Shown here: positions 1 through 10,787 of the stretch, piece by piece
How the letters are laid out: every line of letters starts with the position of its first letter
Numbering within the stretch: position 1 is the stretch's first letter
NCBI GenBank assembly: GCA_964412775.1
Contig: CAYPPX010000004.1
Location: 1-41,272 of the forward strand
Direction of reading: 5' to 3'
Origin: an uncultured Pseudomonadales bacterium
GTDB taxonomy: Bacteria > Patescibacteriota > Microgenomatia > UBA1400 > PJMF01
DNA length: 41,272 nucleotides
Position numbers and translations under genes: made by a program
Notes under the pieces: model-generated
Told to the model about the DNA's origin: nothing
Database searches by the model: none
What the model saw: only the letters and a program-made list of their open reading frames with translations

Positions 1-55
1 TACGTCCTTATAACACTGTCGAATAAGGGTTCCACCTGTGAGACAGTGAGCTCAC
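1..55. repeat. Left arm of a perfect 55-bp terminal inverted repeat (partner 41218..41272)
   Basis: Read directly: nt 1-55 (tacgtccttataacactgtcg...gtgagctcac) is the exact reverse complement of the last 55 nt. Identity stops at nt 56 versus 41217. Confidence 0.95.
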
Positions 56-60
56 TTGAT

Positions 61-90
61 AAAAAAATCCTCATTATGAGGATTTTTTTT
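61..90. terminator. Bidirectional intrinsic terminator hairpin
   Basis: A7-tcctca-tta-tgagga-T8. The stem is flanked by an A-run 5' and a T-run 3', so it can terminate on either strand. Confidence 0.65.
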
Positions 91-119
91 ATCGGAATTA
101 ATTTCACTTATAATGTTTT

Positions 120-128
120 TGCTATAAT
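120..128 (+). promoter_or_regulatory. Extended -10 promoter (TGcTATAAT)
   Basis: tgctataat at 120-128. The same ttgctataat motif precedes tRNA-Asp at 29585-29594. The -35 is weak. Confidence 0.4.
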
Positions 129-134
129 ATGACT

Positions 135-307
135 AGGTATTTCTCTGGGAAGATGGCCTCCCAAATTTTAGAGATACCATAAGGAGGTGAGATCATTGAG
201 AAGATGGTTTCATCAGTTGTTAGTATTGCTTGGTTGTAAACGAACCAGAAAGCGTTACTAACCACAAGTTTTAGACCGGTGCTTTTTGGCCGGTCTTTTG
301 CTTTGTT
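135..307 (+). other. Candidate small transcription unit: structured RNA and/or 21-codon TTG micro-ORF (196..261, MRRWFHQLLVLLGCKRTRKRY)
   Basis: Hairpin ggtat..ctctggga...tccca...gagatacc (~138-178); perfect SD aaggaggtga (181-190) with TTG 8 nt after GGAGG; long hairpin gttagta(219-225)/tactaac(256-262); then a terminator. Coding versus noncoding is unresolved. Confidence 0.35.
273..307 (+). terminator. Intrinsic terminator of the small unit
   Basis: agaccgg (273-279) pairs with ccggtct (290-296), followed by tttgctttgttt. Confidence 0.6.
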
Positions 308-318
308 TAGAGCATCGG

Positions 319-347
319 TTGATTCTCTAGTTATTTTCATCCATAAT
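319..347 (+). promoter_or_regulatory. Putative promoter for the 392..2227 gene
   Basis: ttgatt (319-324), 17-nt spacer, cataat (342-347). Confidence 0.4.
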
Positions 348-391
348 ACTCTCAAGAAAACTTTCAGTTATTAATTTGCAAGGATATTTTT

Positions 392-2227
392 ATGGCAGAG
401 ACTTCTAGAAACTTTATCTACCTCTTACCTGATGTTGCCTATGTTGTGGAGTTAGTAAAAGTCAAGGATAGTGATCTTTTTAAGGTTCGTGATTACCTGC
501 AAATCAATGGAAACTTCATGGACGAAAATGACATCTTGGCTGAAAGTATCAAAAAACTGTCTACTAGAATTCAACCAAAGGATTATGAGTTAGTTTTACC
601 TGATTTTCTTTTTACTAACACTATGGTTAATGTTAAAGAAACAGGCACAGAAAAAGTTTTGGAGTATGTTAATAGGGAGATTATTCCTGATCTAGGTATT
701 TCTGAAAAAACCCATGAGTTAAAAGTTTTTGTATTGAATGAGTTCAAAGGCCAAGCCAGAGTACAACTATCAGCTCTAGAGAAAACTGTTTTGAAACCAC
801 TCACTGATGTTTTTCCAGAGAGTGGCGAGCTAAAAATAAATAATGTTTATCCTTTGAGTTGGGTGACTAAATCTCTAATCTCTCTGGAACCATCAATCAG
901 TGTGGTGCAAATGGGCGCCAAGCTTTATATGGCTCAGCATTATATTGGGATTGACCAAGCAAATGATGCCGAGATTGAAGATGTTGATAAACTAATTGAG
1001 TCAATTAAAACCCTCAAAGGAGCCGAGCCAAGCATCCAAACTGTTTATTTATTGGCTAATGCTTTAGTGGAAAGTAAATTGGGTGATGGTTTGAAAGGGA
1101 CTTTACCGGTCCAACAATTGGCTAAAGATGATGAAGAATCAGAAATGCCATCATATATCAAACAAGTTGCCGAAGCTGCAGTTAAATCAATTGATATTAA
1201 AGAATATCAGATCCCATCTTTTATTTTTTCAGGCGTTGATGGGACTGCCGAAGTTATTGGTGAAACTTTAACCAAAGAAAAACTAACTACTGATGATGTT
1301 AAAGACGAAGTGGTGCTACCCCCTCCAACTGAGCTTGGTACGACTGCTAACGAGGACTTAACCATAGTTAATGAAGAGTTAGACACTGAGCCTGAAAAAA
1401 CAAAAGAAGTTGAAGCTAGTAGTAATGAAGTGGCAGAAACTAAAACCGAAGAAGAGCCTACTGTAGTAGCATCGACCGAAGTTGCCACAGAAAAAGAAAC
1501 TATGAAAATTGAAGACAAAGAACCTACTAAAACAGAACTAGAAACTGTAGCTGAAACAACTACTGAGGTTAAAGAAAAAACAGCTATTTTAAAGACTGAA
1601 GACAAACAAACTTCTGAGGTCAAAGAGGTTGATTTGAGGCAGTTTATGAGTGAAGAAACTACAGAACCAAAAGCTGAGGTTAAAGAAACAGCGGTGGTAG
1701 AAAAAGTGGCAGAACAGTCTAAAAAACAAGTCATCAAGAATGATACTGGGATTAACAACATGGTCAAAATGGTGTTTGTTGCTTTAGTGAGCTTTTTTAT
1801 TACCGTAGGAATTGGGCTGGGTATTGGGCTGGGCTTTTTGACTTTTACTAATAATCAACAAGCCAACAATAACGCCCCTCAAACACCAGTTGCTGAGGTC
1901 TCGCCAACTGCGGAGCCAACCACAGAACCCACTAGTGAGCCAATAGATAGAACCAAATATTCAGTTTTAGTGGTTAATGCAACAACTAAGGCTGGTTATG
2001 CTGGAGAGATTGCAACTGTTTTGGAAGAAGCTGGCTTTGAAGATGTTACGGCAGCCAACGCCAAAGGTGACTACGATGAGGGGAATTTTGTTTTAGCTAA
2101 TACCGAGGAGGCTGAGTTGCTCAAAACCTTGGCTAGTGATACAGATCTAACCTTTAGTTTCTTGGCTGATAAAGAAGTTGAAGATTCAGCCGATAAGTAT
2201 GATTTTGTAATAGTATTAGCTGAGTAG
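392..2227 (+). CDS. Membrane protein: cytoplasmic N-domain, acidic E/T/K-rich low-complexity linker, one TM helix, C-terminal LytR_C-like domain
   Basis: 611-aa ORF. TM segment is MVKMVFVALVSFFITVGIGLGIGLGFLTF. The C-terminus YSVLVVNATTKAGYAGEIATVLEEAGFEDV...YDFVIVL resembles the LytR_C (cell envelope-related C-terminal) domain. The N-domain has FIYLLPDVAYVVEL, faintly PilM/FtsA-like. Confidence 0.75.
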   Translation: MAETSRNFIYLLPDVAYVVELVKVKDSDLFKVRDYLQINGNFMDENDILAESIKKLSTRIQPKDYELVLPDFLFTNTMVNVKETGTEKVLEYVNREIIPDLGISEKTHELKVFVLNEFKGQARVQLSALEKTVLKPLTDVFPESGELKINNVYPLSWVTKSLISLEPSISVVQMGAKLYMAQHYIGIDQANDAEIEDVDKLIESIKTLKGAEPSIQTVYLLANALVESKLGDGLKGTLPVQQLAKDDEESEMPSYIKQVAEAAVKSIDIKEYQIPSFIFSGVDGTAEVIGETLTKEKLTTDDVKDEVVLPPPTELGTTANEDLTIVNEELDTEPEKTKEVEASSNEVAETKTEEEPTVVASTEVATEKETMKIEDKEPTKTELETVAETTTEVKEKTAILKTEDKQTSEVKEVDLRQFMSEETTEPKAEVKETAVVEKVAEQSKKQVIKNDTGINNMVKMVFVALVSFFITVGIGLGIGLGFLTFTNNQQANNNAPQTPVAEVSPTAEPTTEPTSEPIDRTKYSVLVVNATTKAGYAGEIATVLEEAGFEDVTAANAKGDYDEGNFVLANTEEAELLKTLASDTDLTFSFLADKEVEDSADKYDFVIVLAE

Positions 2228-2240
2228 TCTAAAATTACCC

Positions 2241-2268
2241 TTGTAGTTTTTATTACTAAAGGTATAAT
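2241..2268 (+). promoter_or_regulatory. Putative atp operon promoter
   Basis: ttgtag (2241-2246), 16-nt spacer, tataat (2263-2268). Confidence 0.4.
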
Positions 2269-2324
2269 CGGGTTCGTGTTTTTGTTTTTGTTGATATAAA
2301 TTAGTAGATACCTGGAAAGACGCA

Positions 2325-3233
2325 ATGGCAGCAAATCTGCATATTTCTATTTCAGCCGAAACAATTACCAAGTTCGGAGCTCTTAATTACTCAAATTCTT
2401 TGTTTACTAGCACAATAGTCACTGTTTTAATGGTGGCTTTTTTTGTAGCTATTAACCGAAGTTTGACTAGTAAAAAAGGTCCTAGGGGTTTGCAAAATTT
2501 GGCAGAGTTTATTATTGAAGGCTTTTACAACATGGTTCAAGGTGTAACGGGTGATCACAAAAAGACCCGTTTTTTTATGCCTTTTTTCATGTCATTTTTC
2601 TTTTTTGTTTTATTCAATAATTGGTTTGGTTTGCTTCCTGGTGTTGGCACAGTTGGTTTTAAAGAAACCAGTAGTGGTACAGAGCATGCTGTTTTGTTGG
2701 AAAGTGAACTAAAAGTTCCAGTAAGTGAGGTTCATGCCTCAGAGGCAGTTCTTTTAGAGGAAACTGGTGAAGAAGCTGGCGTTGTTGAAGAAAACGCTGA
2801 AGAAGTTGCTGAAAAAACTCCTGAAGAAAAAAGTGTTTTTGTGCCCTATCTTAGAGCTGGAACAGCAGATCTTAATACCACTTTGGCTTTAGGTTTATTT
2901 TCTCAAGTTATGGCTCAAATAGTTGGTGTAAAGTATTTGGGTTTTTCTTACTTTAAGAAATTCTTTAATTTTAAAGACCCAATTATGATGTTTGTTGGTG
3001 TTTTGGAGCTGGTGTCAGAATTTTCTAAGGTTTTATCATACGCTTTTCGTTTGTTTGGAAATATTTTTGCTGGAGAAGTACTACTGGTAGTAATGAGTGC
3101 CCTAATCCCAGTGATAGTGCCAATGCCATTTTATGGCTTAGAAATTTTTGTTGGCTTTATCCAGGCTTTGGTCTTCTCTCTTCTATCATTAGTATTCTTT
3201 AACATCGCGACCTTAAGTCACGATGAACATTAA
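2325..3233 (+). CDS. atpB: F0F1 ATP synthase subunit a
   Basis: FRLFGNIFAGEVLL motif with the essential Arg; GTADLNTTLALGL; polytopic; first gene of the atp cluster. Carries an acidic ~60-aa insertion (aa ~112-172). Confidence 0.93.
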   Translation: MAANLHISISAETITKFGALNYSNSLFTSTIVTVLMVAFFVAINRSLTSKKGPRGLQNLAEFIIEGFYNMVQGVTGDHKKTRFFMPFFMSFFFFVLFNNWFGLLPGVGTVGFKETSSGTEHAVLLESELKVPVSEVHASEAVLLEETGEEAGVVEENAEEVAEKTPEEKSVFVPYLRAGTADLNTTLALGLFSQVMAQIVGVKYLGFSYFKKFFNFKDPIMMFVGVLELVSEFSKVLSYAFRLFGNIFAGEVLLVVMSALIPVIVPMPFYGLEIFVGFIQALVFSLLSLVFFNIATLSHDEH

Positions 3234-3251
3234 TTAGTAAGAACATAATAA

Positions 3252-3488
<237 letters not shown>

Positions 3489-3500
3489 AAAGGAGAAAAA

Positions 3501-3986
3501 ATGGACATTCAATTACCACAGATTATTTATCAGTTGGTTAATTTCGGTGTTGTTTTTGGTGCAGTAACTTATTTGTTATATAAGCCAGTGCAAAAGATCC
3601 TTGATGATCGTGCTAAGAGAATTGAAGACAGTCTAGCTGAAGCAGAAAAAATCGAAGAAGAACAAGAAAAAATGAGTTCTTTAAGAGCCAAAGCTAAAAG
3701 AGATGCTGACAAAGAAGCAGCCACAATTCTTGAAAATGCCAAAAAAACTGCTGATAAAAGTAAGAAAGAATTAGTAGATAAAACTAAAGAAGCTCTTCAA
3801 GATGAAATGAAGAAAGCTCAAACAGCTTGGAAAGAAGAAAAGAAACAACTTTTGGCTGATTCCAAGAAACAAATGGTTGATGCTGTCATTGAAGTTAGTT
3901 CTTTGGTCTTGGGTAAAAAACTTGATCCTAAAACTGATGATAAGTTTATTGCTCAAAATTTAGAAAAAATCCTTAAGGATATTTAA
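3501..3986 (+). CDS. atpF: F0F1 ATP synthase subunit b
   Basis: One N-terminal TM helix, then a long charged coiled coil. Sits between c and delta. Confidence 0.88.
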   Translation: MDIQLPQIIYQLVNFGVVFGAVTYLLYKPVQKILDDRAKRIEDSLAEAEKIEEEQEKMSSLRAKAKRDADKEAATILENAKKTADKSKKELVDKTKEALQDEMKKAQTAWKEEKKQLLADSKKQMVDAVIEVSSLVLGKKLDPKTDDKFIAQNLEKILKDI

Positions 3987-3992
3987 TTTGTT

Positions 3993-4217
3993 ATGAAAAA
4001 AGTCACTGTGATTACTGCCAATGAGCTTTCTAAAGCTAATTTGGAAACAATTAAAAAGTCTTTGATTGCCAAATACGGTAAAGATCTTGAATTTGAGCTT
4101 AAAATTGATCCAGCCGTGATTGGAGGTGTCAAATTAGTGATTGGCTCTAAAGCAGTTGATATGACTATTAAAGCCAAGCTTTCTCAAATTGAGAAGCAAG
4201 TAATGGATAAAATCTAA
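3993..4217 (+). CDS. atpH: F0F1 ATP synthase subunit delta (OSCP), C-terminal portion only (74 aa)
   Basis: [32 protein letters not shown] matches the conserved C-terminal end of delta. Sits between atpF and atpA. The N-terminal ~100 aa of canonical delta are absent. Confidence 0.8.
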   Translation: MKKVTVITANELSKANLETIKKSLIAKYGKDLEFELKIDPAVIGGVKLVIGSKAVDMTIKAKLSQIEKQVMDKI

Positions 4218-4239
4218 GTTAATTATAGAGAAAATAAAT

Positions 4240-5793
4240 ATGCCAACCAATAAAAAATCTTCTACCAATGTAGCGACTTCTAGCTTTGACCTAAAAGGGT
4301 TATTTAAAAATGTTGAACCAAAATTAACAGTTGAATCTGTTGGAGAGGTTACTTCTTACTCTGACGGTGTAGTTAAGGCTTCAGGTCTAGATGAAGTTCA
4401 AGCAGGTGAAATTGTTGAGCTTGCCGGTAAAAAACTTGGTTTAGCTTTGAACTTAACTGAAAAAGAAGTTGGTATTGTCGTTATGGGTGATCCAATGGGG
4501 ATAGTGGTTGGTGATAGTGTGGCTAGAACTGGCAGAATTTTATCTGTTGGTGTTAGTGACAGTATTCTGGGCAGAGTAGTTAATAGTTTGGGTGAGCCTA
4601 TTGATGGTAAAGGGCCACTAAATGTAACTAGATATATGCCTTTGGAAAAGGTAGCTCCAGGTGTCATGAGTCGTAAATCAGTCTCCGTACCACTCCAGAC
4701 TGGTATTAAAGCTGTTGACGCCATGATTCCAGTGGGTCGTGGTCAAAGAGAGCTGATTATTGGTGATAGATCAACTGGTAAAACTGCAGTAGCCTTAGGT
4801 ACGATTATTAACCAAAAACAAGAAGATGTGATTTGTGTTTATGTTGCTACTGGTCAAAAAAGAGCTGCTGTAGCTCAAACCATTCAAATTTTGGAAGAGC
4901 ATGAAGCAATGGCCTATACGATTATTGTTTCTGCCACTGCTTCTGATAGTGCTGCTGAGCAATTTTTATCTCCATATACTGGTTTAGCTATTGCTGAATA
5001 TTTTTTGGATCAAGGTAAAGATGTGTTAATTGTTTATGATGATTTATCAAAACACGCTCAAGCCTATCGTGAGATTTCTTTATTGCTTAGAAGACCAAGT
5101 GGTCGTGAAGCTTATCCTGGTGATGTTTTTTATCTTCACTCAAGACTTCTGGAGAGAGCTTGTCGTTTAAATGAAAACTATGGTGGTGGTTCGATTACTG
5201 CTTTACCAATTATCGAAACTCAAGCTAATGATGTGTCAGCTTATATTCCAACTAACGTGATTTCTATTACTGACGGTCAGATTTATTTGGAAGCAGACCT
5301 ATTTAATTCTGGTATGAAACCAGCTATTAATGTTGGTTTATCAGTTTCTCGTGTTGGTAGCTCAGCTCAATTAAAAGCGATGAAACAAGTGGCTGGTACG
5401 ATGAAGCTTGATTTAGCTCAGTTTAGAGAACTCCAGGCTTTTGCTCAGTTTAGTTCAGATCTTGATGAGAGAACCAAAAAAACTTTAGACCGTGGGGTAA
5501 GGGTCAATGGGGTGCTCAAACAAGGTTGGGATCAACCTTTGAGTGTGGCGGAGCAAGTAGCAGTTATTTTTGCTGCTGTTAATGGTTTTTTAGATATGGT
5601 CAAAGAAGATGCTACCAAAGAATGGGAAGTGGCTTATTTAGATTACCTTCATACTGCTCACCAAAGTTTATTGGATGAGATTATGAAAGAACAAAAACTT
5701 TCTGACCAAATGATTGAAAAACTAAAAGATGTTGTCGGAACTTTTAATGACTTACATAAAGAGTTCATGATGGTAAAAGAAGAAACTAAATAA
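4240..5793 (+). CDS. atpA: F0F1 ATP synthase subunit alpha
   Basis: Walker A GDRSTGKT; 517 aa; strong family-wide similarity ([27 protein letters not shown]). Confidence 0.97.
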   Translation: MPTNKKSSTNVATSSFDLKGLFKNVEPKLTVESVGEVTSYSDGVVKASGLDEVQAGEIVELAGKKLGLALNLTEKEVGIVVMGDPMGIVVGDSVARTGRILSVGVSDSILGRVVNSLGEPIDGKGPLNVTRYMPLEKVAPGVMSRKSVSVPLQTGIKAVDAMIPVGRGQRELIIGDRSTGKTAVALGTIINQKQEDVICVYVATGQKRAAVAQTIQILEEHEAMAYTIIVSATASDSAAEQFLSPYTGLAIAEYFLDQGKDVLIVYDDLSKHAQAYREISLLLRRPSGREAYPGDVFYLHSRLLERACRLNENYGGGSITALPIIETQANDVSAYIPTNVISITDGQIYLEADLFNSGMKPAINVGLSVSRVGSSAQLKAMKQVAGTMKLDLAQFRELQAFAQFSSDLDERTKKTLDRGVRVNGVLKQGWDQPLSVAEQVAVIFAAVNGFLDMVKEDATKEWEVAYLDYLHTAHQSLLDEIMKEQKLSDQMIEKLKDVVGTFNDLHKEFMMVKEETK

Positions 5794-5798
5794 AGCTT

Positions 5799-8091
<2,293 letters not shown>

Positions 8092-8094
8092 TTT

Positions 8095-8514
8095 ATGAAA
8101 AAATTTCCACTTCATATTGTTTCTCAGGAAAAAGAACTGCTCTCGATTGAGGTAGAGTCTGTTTCTTTGCCAACAATTGAGGGTGAAATTACAGTTCTAT
8201 ATAAACATATTCCTTTATTTGCACCTCTAAAGACAGGTCAACTGATTTATCGGGTTAAAGATGAAGAGAAAATTGTAGTGGTTTCTGAGGGTTTTGTGAA
8301 TGTTACTCCAGACAACGGAGTGATTGTTATGGTTGATAGTGGTGTGTTAGCTCGTGATATTAGTCTTGAAAAAGCTCAAGCCGCGGTCAAAGCAGCTCAT
8401 GAAACCATGGAAAAGACCCAAGACCAACGAGAACTTTTAATGGCAGAGGCTTCACTTAGGCAAGCTATGATGGAAATCAAAGTAGCCCAAAAAACCAGAA
8501 AAACTACCAATTAA
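8095..8514 (+). CDS. atpC: F0F1 ATP synthase subunit epsilon
   Basis: 139 aa directly after beta, with the N-terminal beta-sandwich and C-terminal helical pattern of epsilon. Confidence 0.88.
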   Translation: MKKFPLHIVSQEKELLSIEVESVSLPTIEGEITVLYKHIPLFAPLKTGQLIYRVKDEEKIVVVSEGFVNVTPDNGVIVMVDSGVLARDISLEKAQAAVKAAHETMEKTQDQRELLMAEASLRQAMMEIKVAQKTRKTTN

Positions 8515-8532
8515 TAAGCTTAAATATTCCAC

Positions 8533-8560
8533 TTGTCATCAGTAAAAAAGTCACTATACT
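8533..8560 (+). promoter_or_regulatory. Putative greA promoter giving a near-leaderless mRNA
   Basis: ttgtca (8533-8538), 16-nt spacer, tatact (8555-8560). The ATG is at 8570 with no SD in between. Confidence 0.45.
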
Positions 8561-8569
8561 AGGCACATT

Positions 8570-9043
8570 ATGGTAAACGCTAAAATCCAGTTAACTCTAG
8601 AAGGTCTTGAAGAACTCAAGTCAGAGCTTCGAGAACTCAAAGATAAAAAACTGCCTAAAGTTATTGCTCGTGTCGCAGCTGCTCGTGAACAAGGAGATTT
8701 GTCAGAGAATGCTGATTACCATAGTGCCAAAGAAGAACAAAATTTTGTTGAAACCAGAATCTCAGAAATTGAAGATATCATTTCTAGAGCTGAGGTTGCC
8801 AAAAATGGCAAAGATAAATCAAAAGTTTCGATTGGTTCTAGGGTTGAAGTAGCAGTCAAAGGTAAGGCAGGTAAAACTTTTACTTATGAAATTGTTGGAG
8901 AGTTTGAGGCTGATCCTGAAGAAGGTAAGATTTCCTCCGTTTCTCCAATTGGCAAGGCTCTCCTAGGTAAGAAAAAGGGTGAGTCAGCCACAGTTAAGGC
9001 TCCGGCGGGAGAGGTTACTTATCAAATAGAAAATGTTCAATAA
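8570..9043 (+). CDS. greA: Transcription elongation factor GreA
   Basis: DLSENADYHSAKEEQ acidic-tip motif; 157 aa. Confidence 0.95.
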   Translation: MVNAKIQLTLEGLEELKSELRELKDKKLPKVIARVAAAREQGDLSENADYHSAKEEQNFVETRISEIEDIISRAEVAKNGKDKSKVSIGSRVEVAVKGKAGKTFTYEIVGEFEADPEEGKISSVSPIGKALLGKKKGESATVKAPAGEVTYQIENVQ

Positions 9044-9062
9044 AAAATAACCAAGTAATCAG

Positions 9063-9092
9063 AATCCCCCGCCAAGACGGGGGATTTTCGTT
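9063..9092 (+). terminator. Intrinsic terminator after greA
   Basis: aatcccccg / cgggggatt stem with loop ccaaga, then ttcgtt. Confidence 0.75.
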
Positions 9093-9126
9093 ATACAATA
9101 GTCAAGTCAAACAAGGAGAAATTACA

Positions 9127-10785
9127 ATGTCACAACAACAATCAATTCATTGGTTAGATAAACTAGCTACCGGTATTTTGCGCTGGCAAGAAAAGACTGG
9201 TGTGGGTTTACATGTTGATGATATGAAGACGCCATCGGGTCGTGTTCATACTGGTTCTTTGAGAGGAGTACTTCTTCATGACGCAGTGGCCAAAGTTTTG
9301 ACTGAAAAGACTGACCAAGAAGTGGTCAGTACTTATGTTTTTAATGATATGGACCCAATGGATGGTTTACCAAGTTATTTACCAGCAGCTGAGTATGATC
9401 AACACATGGGCAAACCAATGTTTAAAATCCCAGCCCCAAAGTTAGCTGAATCAGGTTTGGATGTTAGTAAAGTTTCTATCGAAGAAAAAACTCGTTTTGA
9501 AAATGCCAAAAGTTTTGGTGAGTTTTATGCGATGGATTTTATCGATGCCTTTAGAAAACTTGGTTGCGAGCAAGAAATTGTATGGAGTCACGAACTTTAC
9601 CAAGCTGGTAAGATGGATGAGTTAATTAAAACTGCATTAGATAATGTTGCTGAAATAAGAAAAATCTATAAAGAAGTGGCCGACTATGATTTACCAGCCA
9701 ACTGGTATCCATTCCAAGTAATTTGTCCGGAATGTGGCAAAGTTGGGACGACTTTAACTACTGCTTGGGATGGTCAAGAAGTGAGCTTTGAGTGCCAACC
9801 TCATAAAGTTACTTGGGCAAAAGGTTGTGGTTATACTGGGAAAATTAGTCCTTTTGGTGGGACTGGCAAATTACTGTGGAAAGTTGATTGGCCAGCTCAT
9901 TGGACAGGTATGGGGATAACGATTGAAGGGGCTGGTAAAGATCATACTTCAGCTGGCGGTTCTAGAGATATGGCTGACCAATTGATGGCTAAGGTTTTTA
10001 AAACTCAAACCCCATTTGATATCCCCTATGAATGGATTTTAATTCGTGGAGCTAAAATGAGTTCAAGTAAAGGGGTTGGTACCTCTGCTCGAGAATTTGT
10101 TGAACTTTTCCCTGCTGAAGTCGGTCGTTACTTGTTTGTCAGTAAAAACTACAATCAGGTAATTGACTTTGATCCTAATACTATGGCTATTCCAGACCTT
10201 TTTGATGAGTATGATCAAGCAGCTAGAATTTACTGGGGTCAAGAAGCTGGTGATACTAGAATGGGTCGAGCTTTTGAACTATCTCAGATAAAAAACAAAG
10301 CTCCCCAAGCAATGTTTCTACCTCGTTTTAGAGATATTGCTACTTGGATGCAACACCCAGAGCTTGATTTGGTAGCAAAGTTTGTTGAAGTTAAAGGTAG
10401 TGAGCTGACTACAGAAGAATTAGCTCTTTTAGCAGATAGAAAACATTATGCCAAAATTTGGGTTGAACGTTATGCTCCAGAAGAATACCAACTGAGTTTC
10501 AGACCAGGAGTTATTGCTGAAACTGCTAAAAATCTTACTGAAGAACAAAAGGAATACTTATTAAAAGTAGATGAAATGTTAGCTCGTAAAACTTGGGAAC
10601 CAGCTGAGTTACAACAAGCTTTGTTTGATTTAGCAAAAGACACTTTAGGAGCTAAAAAGGCTTTTCAGGCTATTTATCAGGCTTTTCTAGGTAAGAACTC
10701 AGGACCAAGAGCTGGCTGGTTTTTACTAGCGATTTCAACTGAGGCTAGAAGACAACACTTAAAAGATTTAGCAATCAAGGAATAA
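9127..10785 (+). CDS. lysK: Lysine--tRNA ligase, class I type
   Basis: PSGRVHTGSLRG (HIGH-like) and KMSSSKG (KMSKS) Rossmann-class motifs, with internal CPECG...C...C zinc-site cysteines. Length is typical of class I LysRS. Confidence 0.9.
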   Translation: MSQQQSIHWLDKLATGILRWQEKTGVGLHVDDMKTPSGRVHTGSLRGVLLHDAVAKVLTEKTDQEVVSTYVFNDMDPMDGLPSYLPAAEYDQHMGKPMFKIPAPKLAESGLDVSKVSIEEKTRFENAKSFGEFYAMDFIDAFRKLGCEQEIVWSHELYQAGKMDELIKTALDNVAEIRKIYKEVADYDLPANWYPFQVICPECGKVGTTLTTAWDGQEVSFECQPHKVTWAKGCGYTGKISPFGGTGKLLWKVDWPAHWTGMGITIEGAGKDHTSAGGSRDMADQLMAKVFKTQTPFDIPYEWILIRGAKMSSSKGVGTSAREFVELFPAEVGRYLFVSKNYNQVIDFDPNTMAIPDLFDEYDQAARIYWGQEAGDTRMGRAFELSQIKNKAPQAMFLPRFRDIATWMQHPELDLVAKFVEVKGSELTTEELALLADRKHYAKIWVERYAPEEYQLSFRPGVIAETAKNLTEEQKEYLLKVDEMLARKTWEPAELQQALFDLAKDTLGAKKAFQAIYQAFLGKNSGPRAGWFLLAISTEARRQHLKDLAIKE

Positions 10786-10787
10786 CC

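Noticed and set aside
122-355. 77-aa minus-strand ORF from the track
   Set aside because: It runs antisense through a plus-strand SD, two hairpins and a terminator, and has no RBS or recognisable motif. The plus-strand mini-unit explains the region better.
583-2334. Minus-strand ORFs 583..804, 1207..1767 and 2071..2334
   Set aside because: They are antisense shadows of the 392..2227 gene. The 186-aa one is Ser/Thr/Val-rich, simply mirroring the E/T/K repeat region.
8607-8852. 81-aa plus-strand ORF in an alternative frame of greA
   Set aside because: It overlaps greA in another frame, and greA carries the diagnostic motifs.
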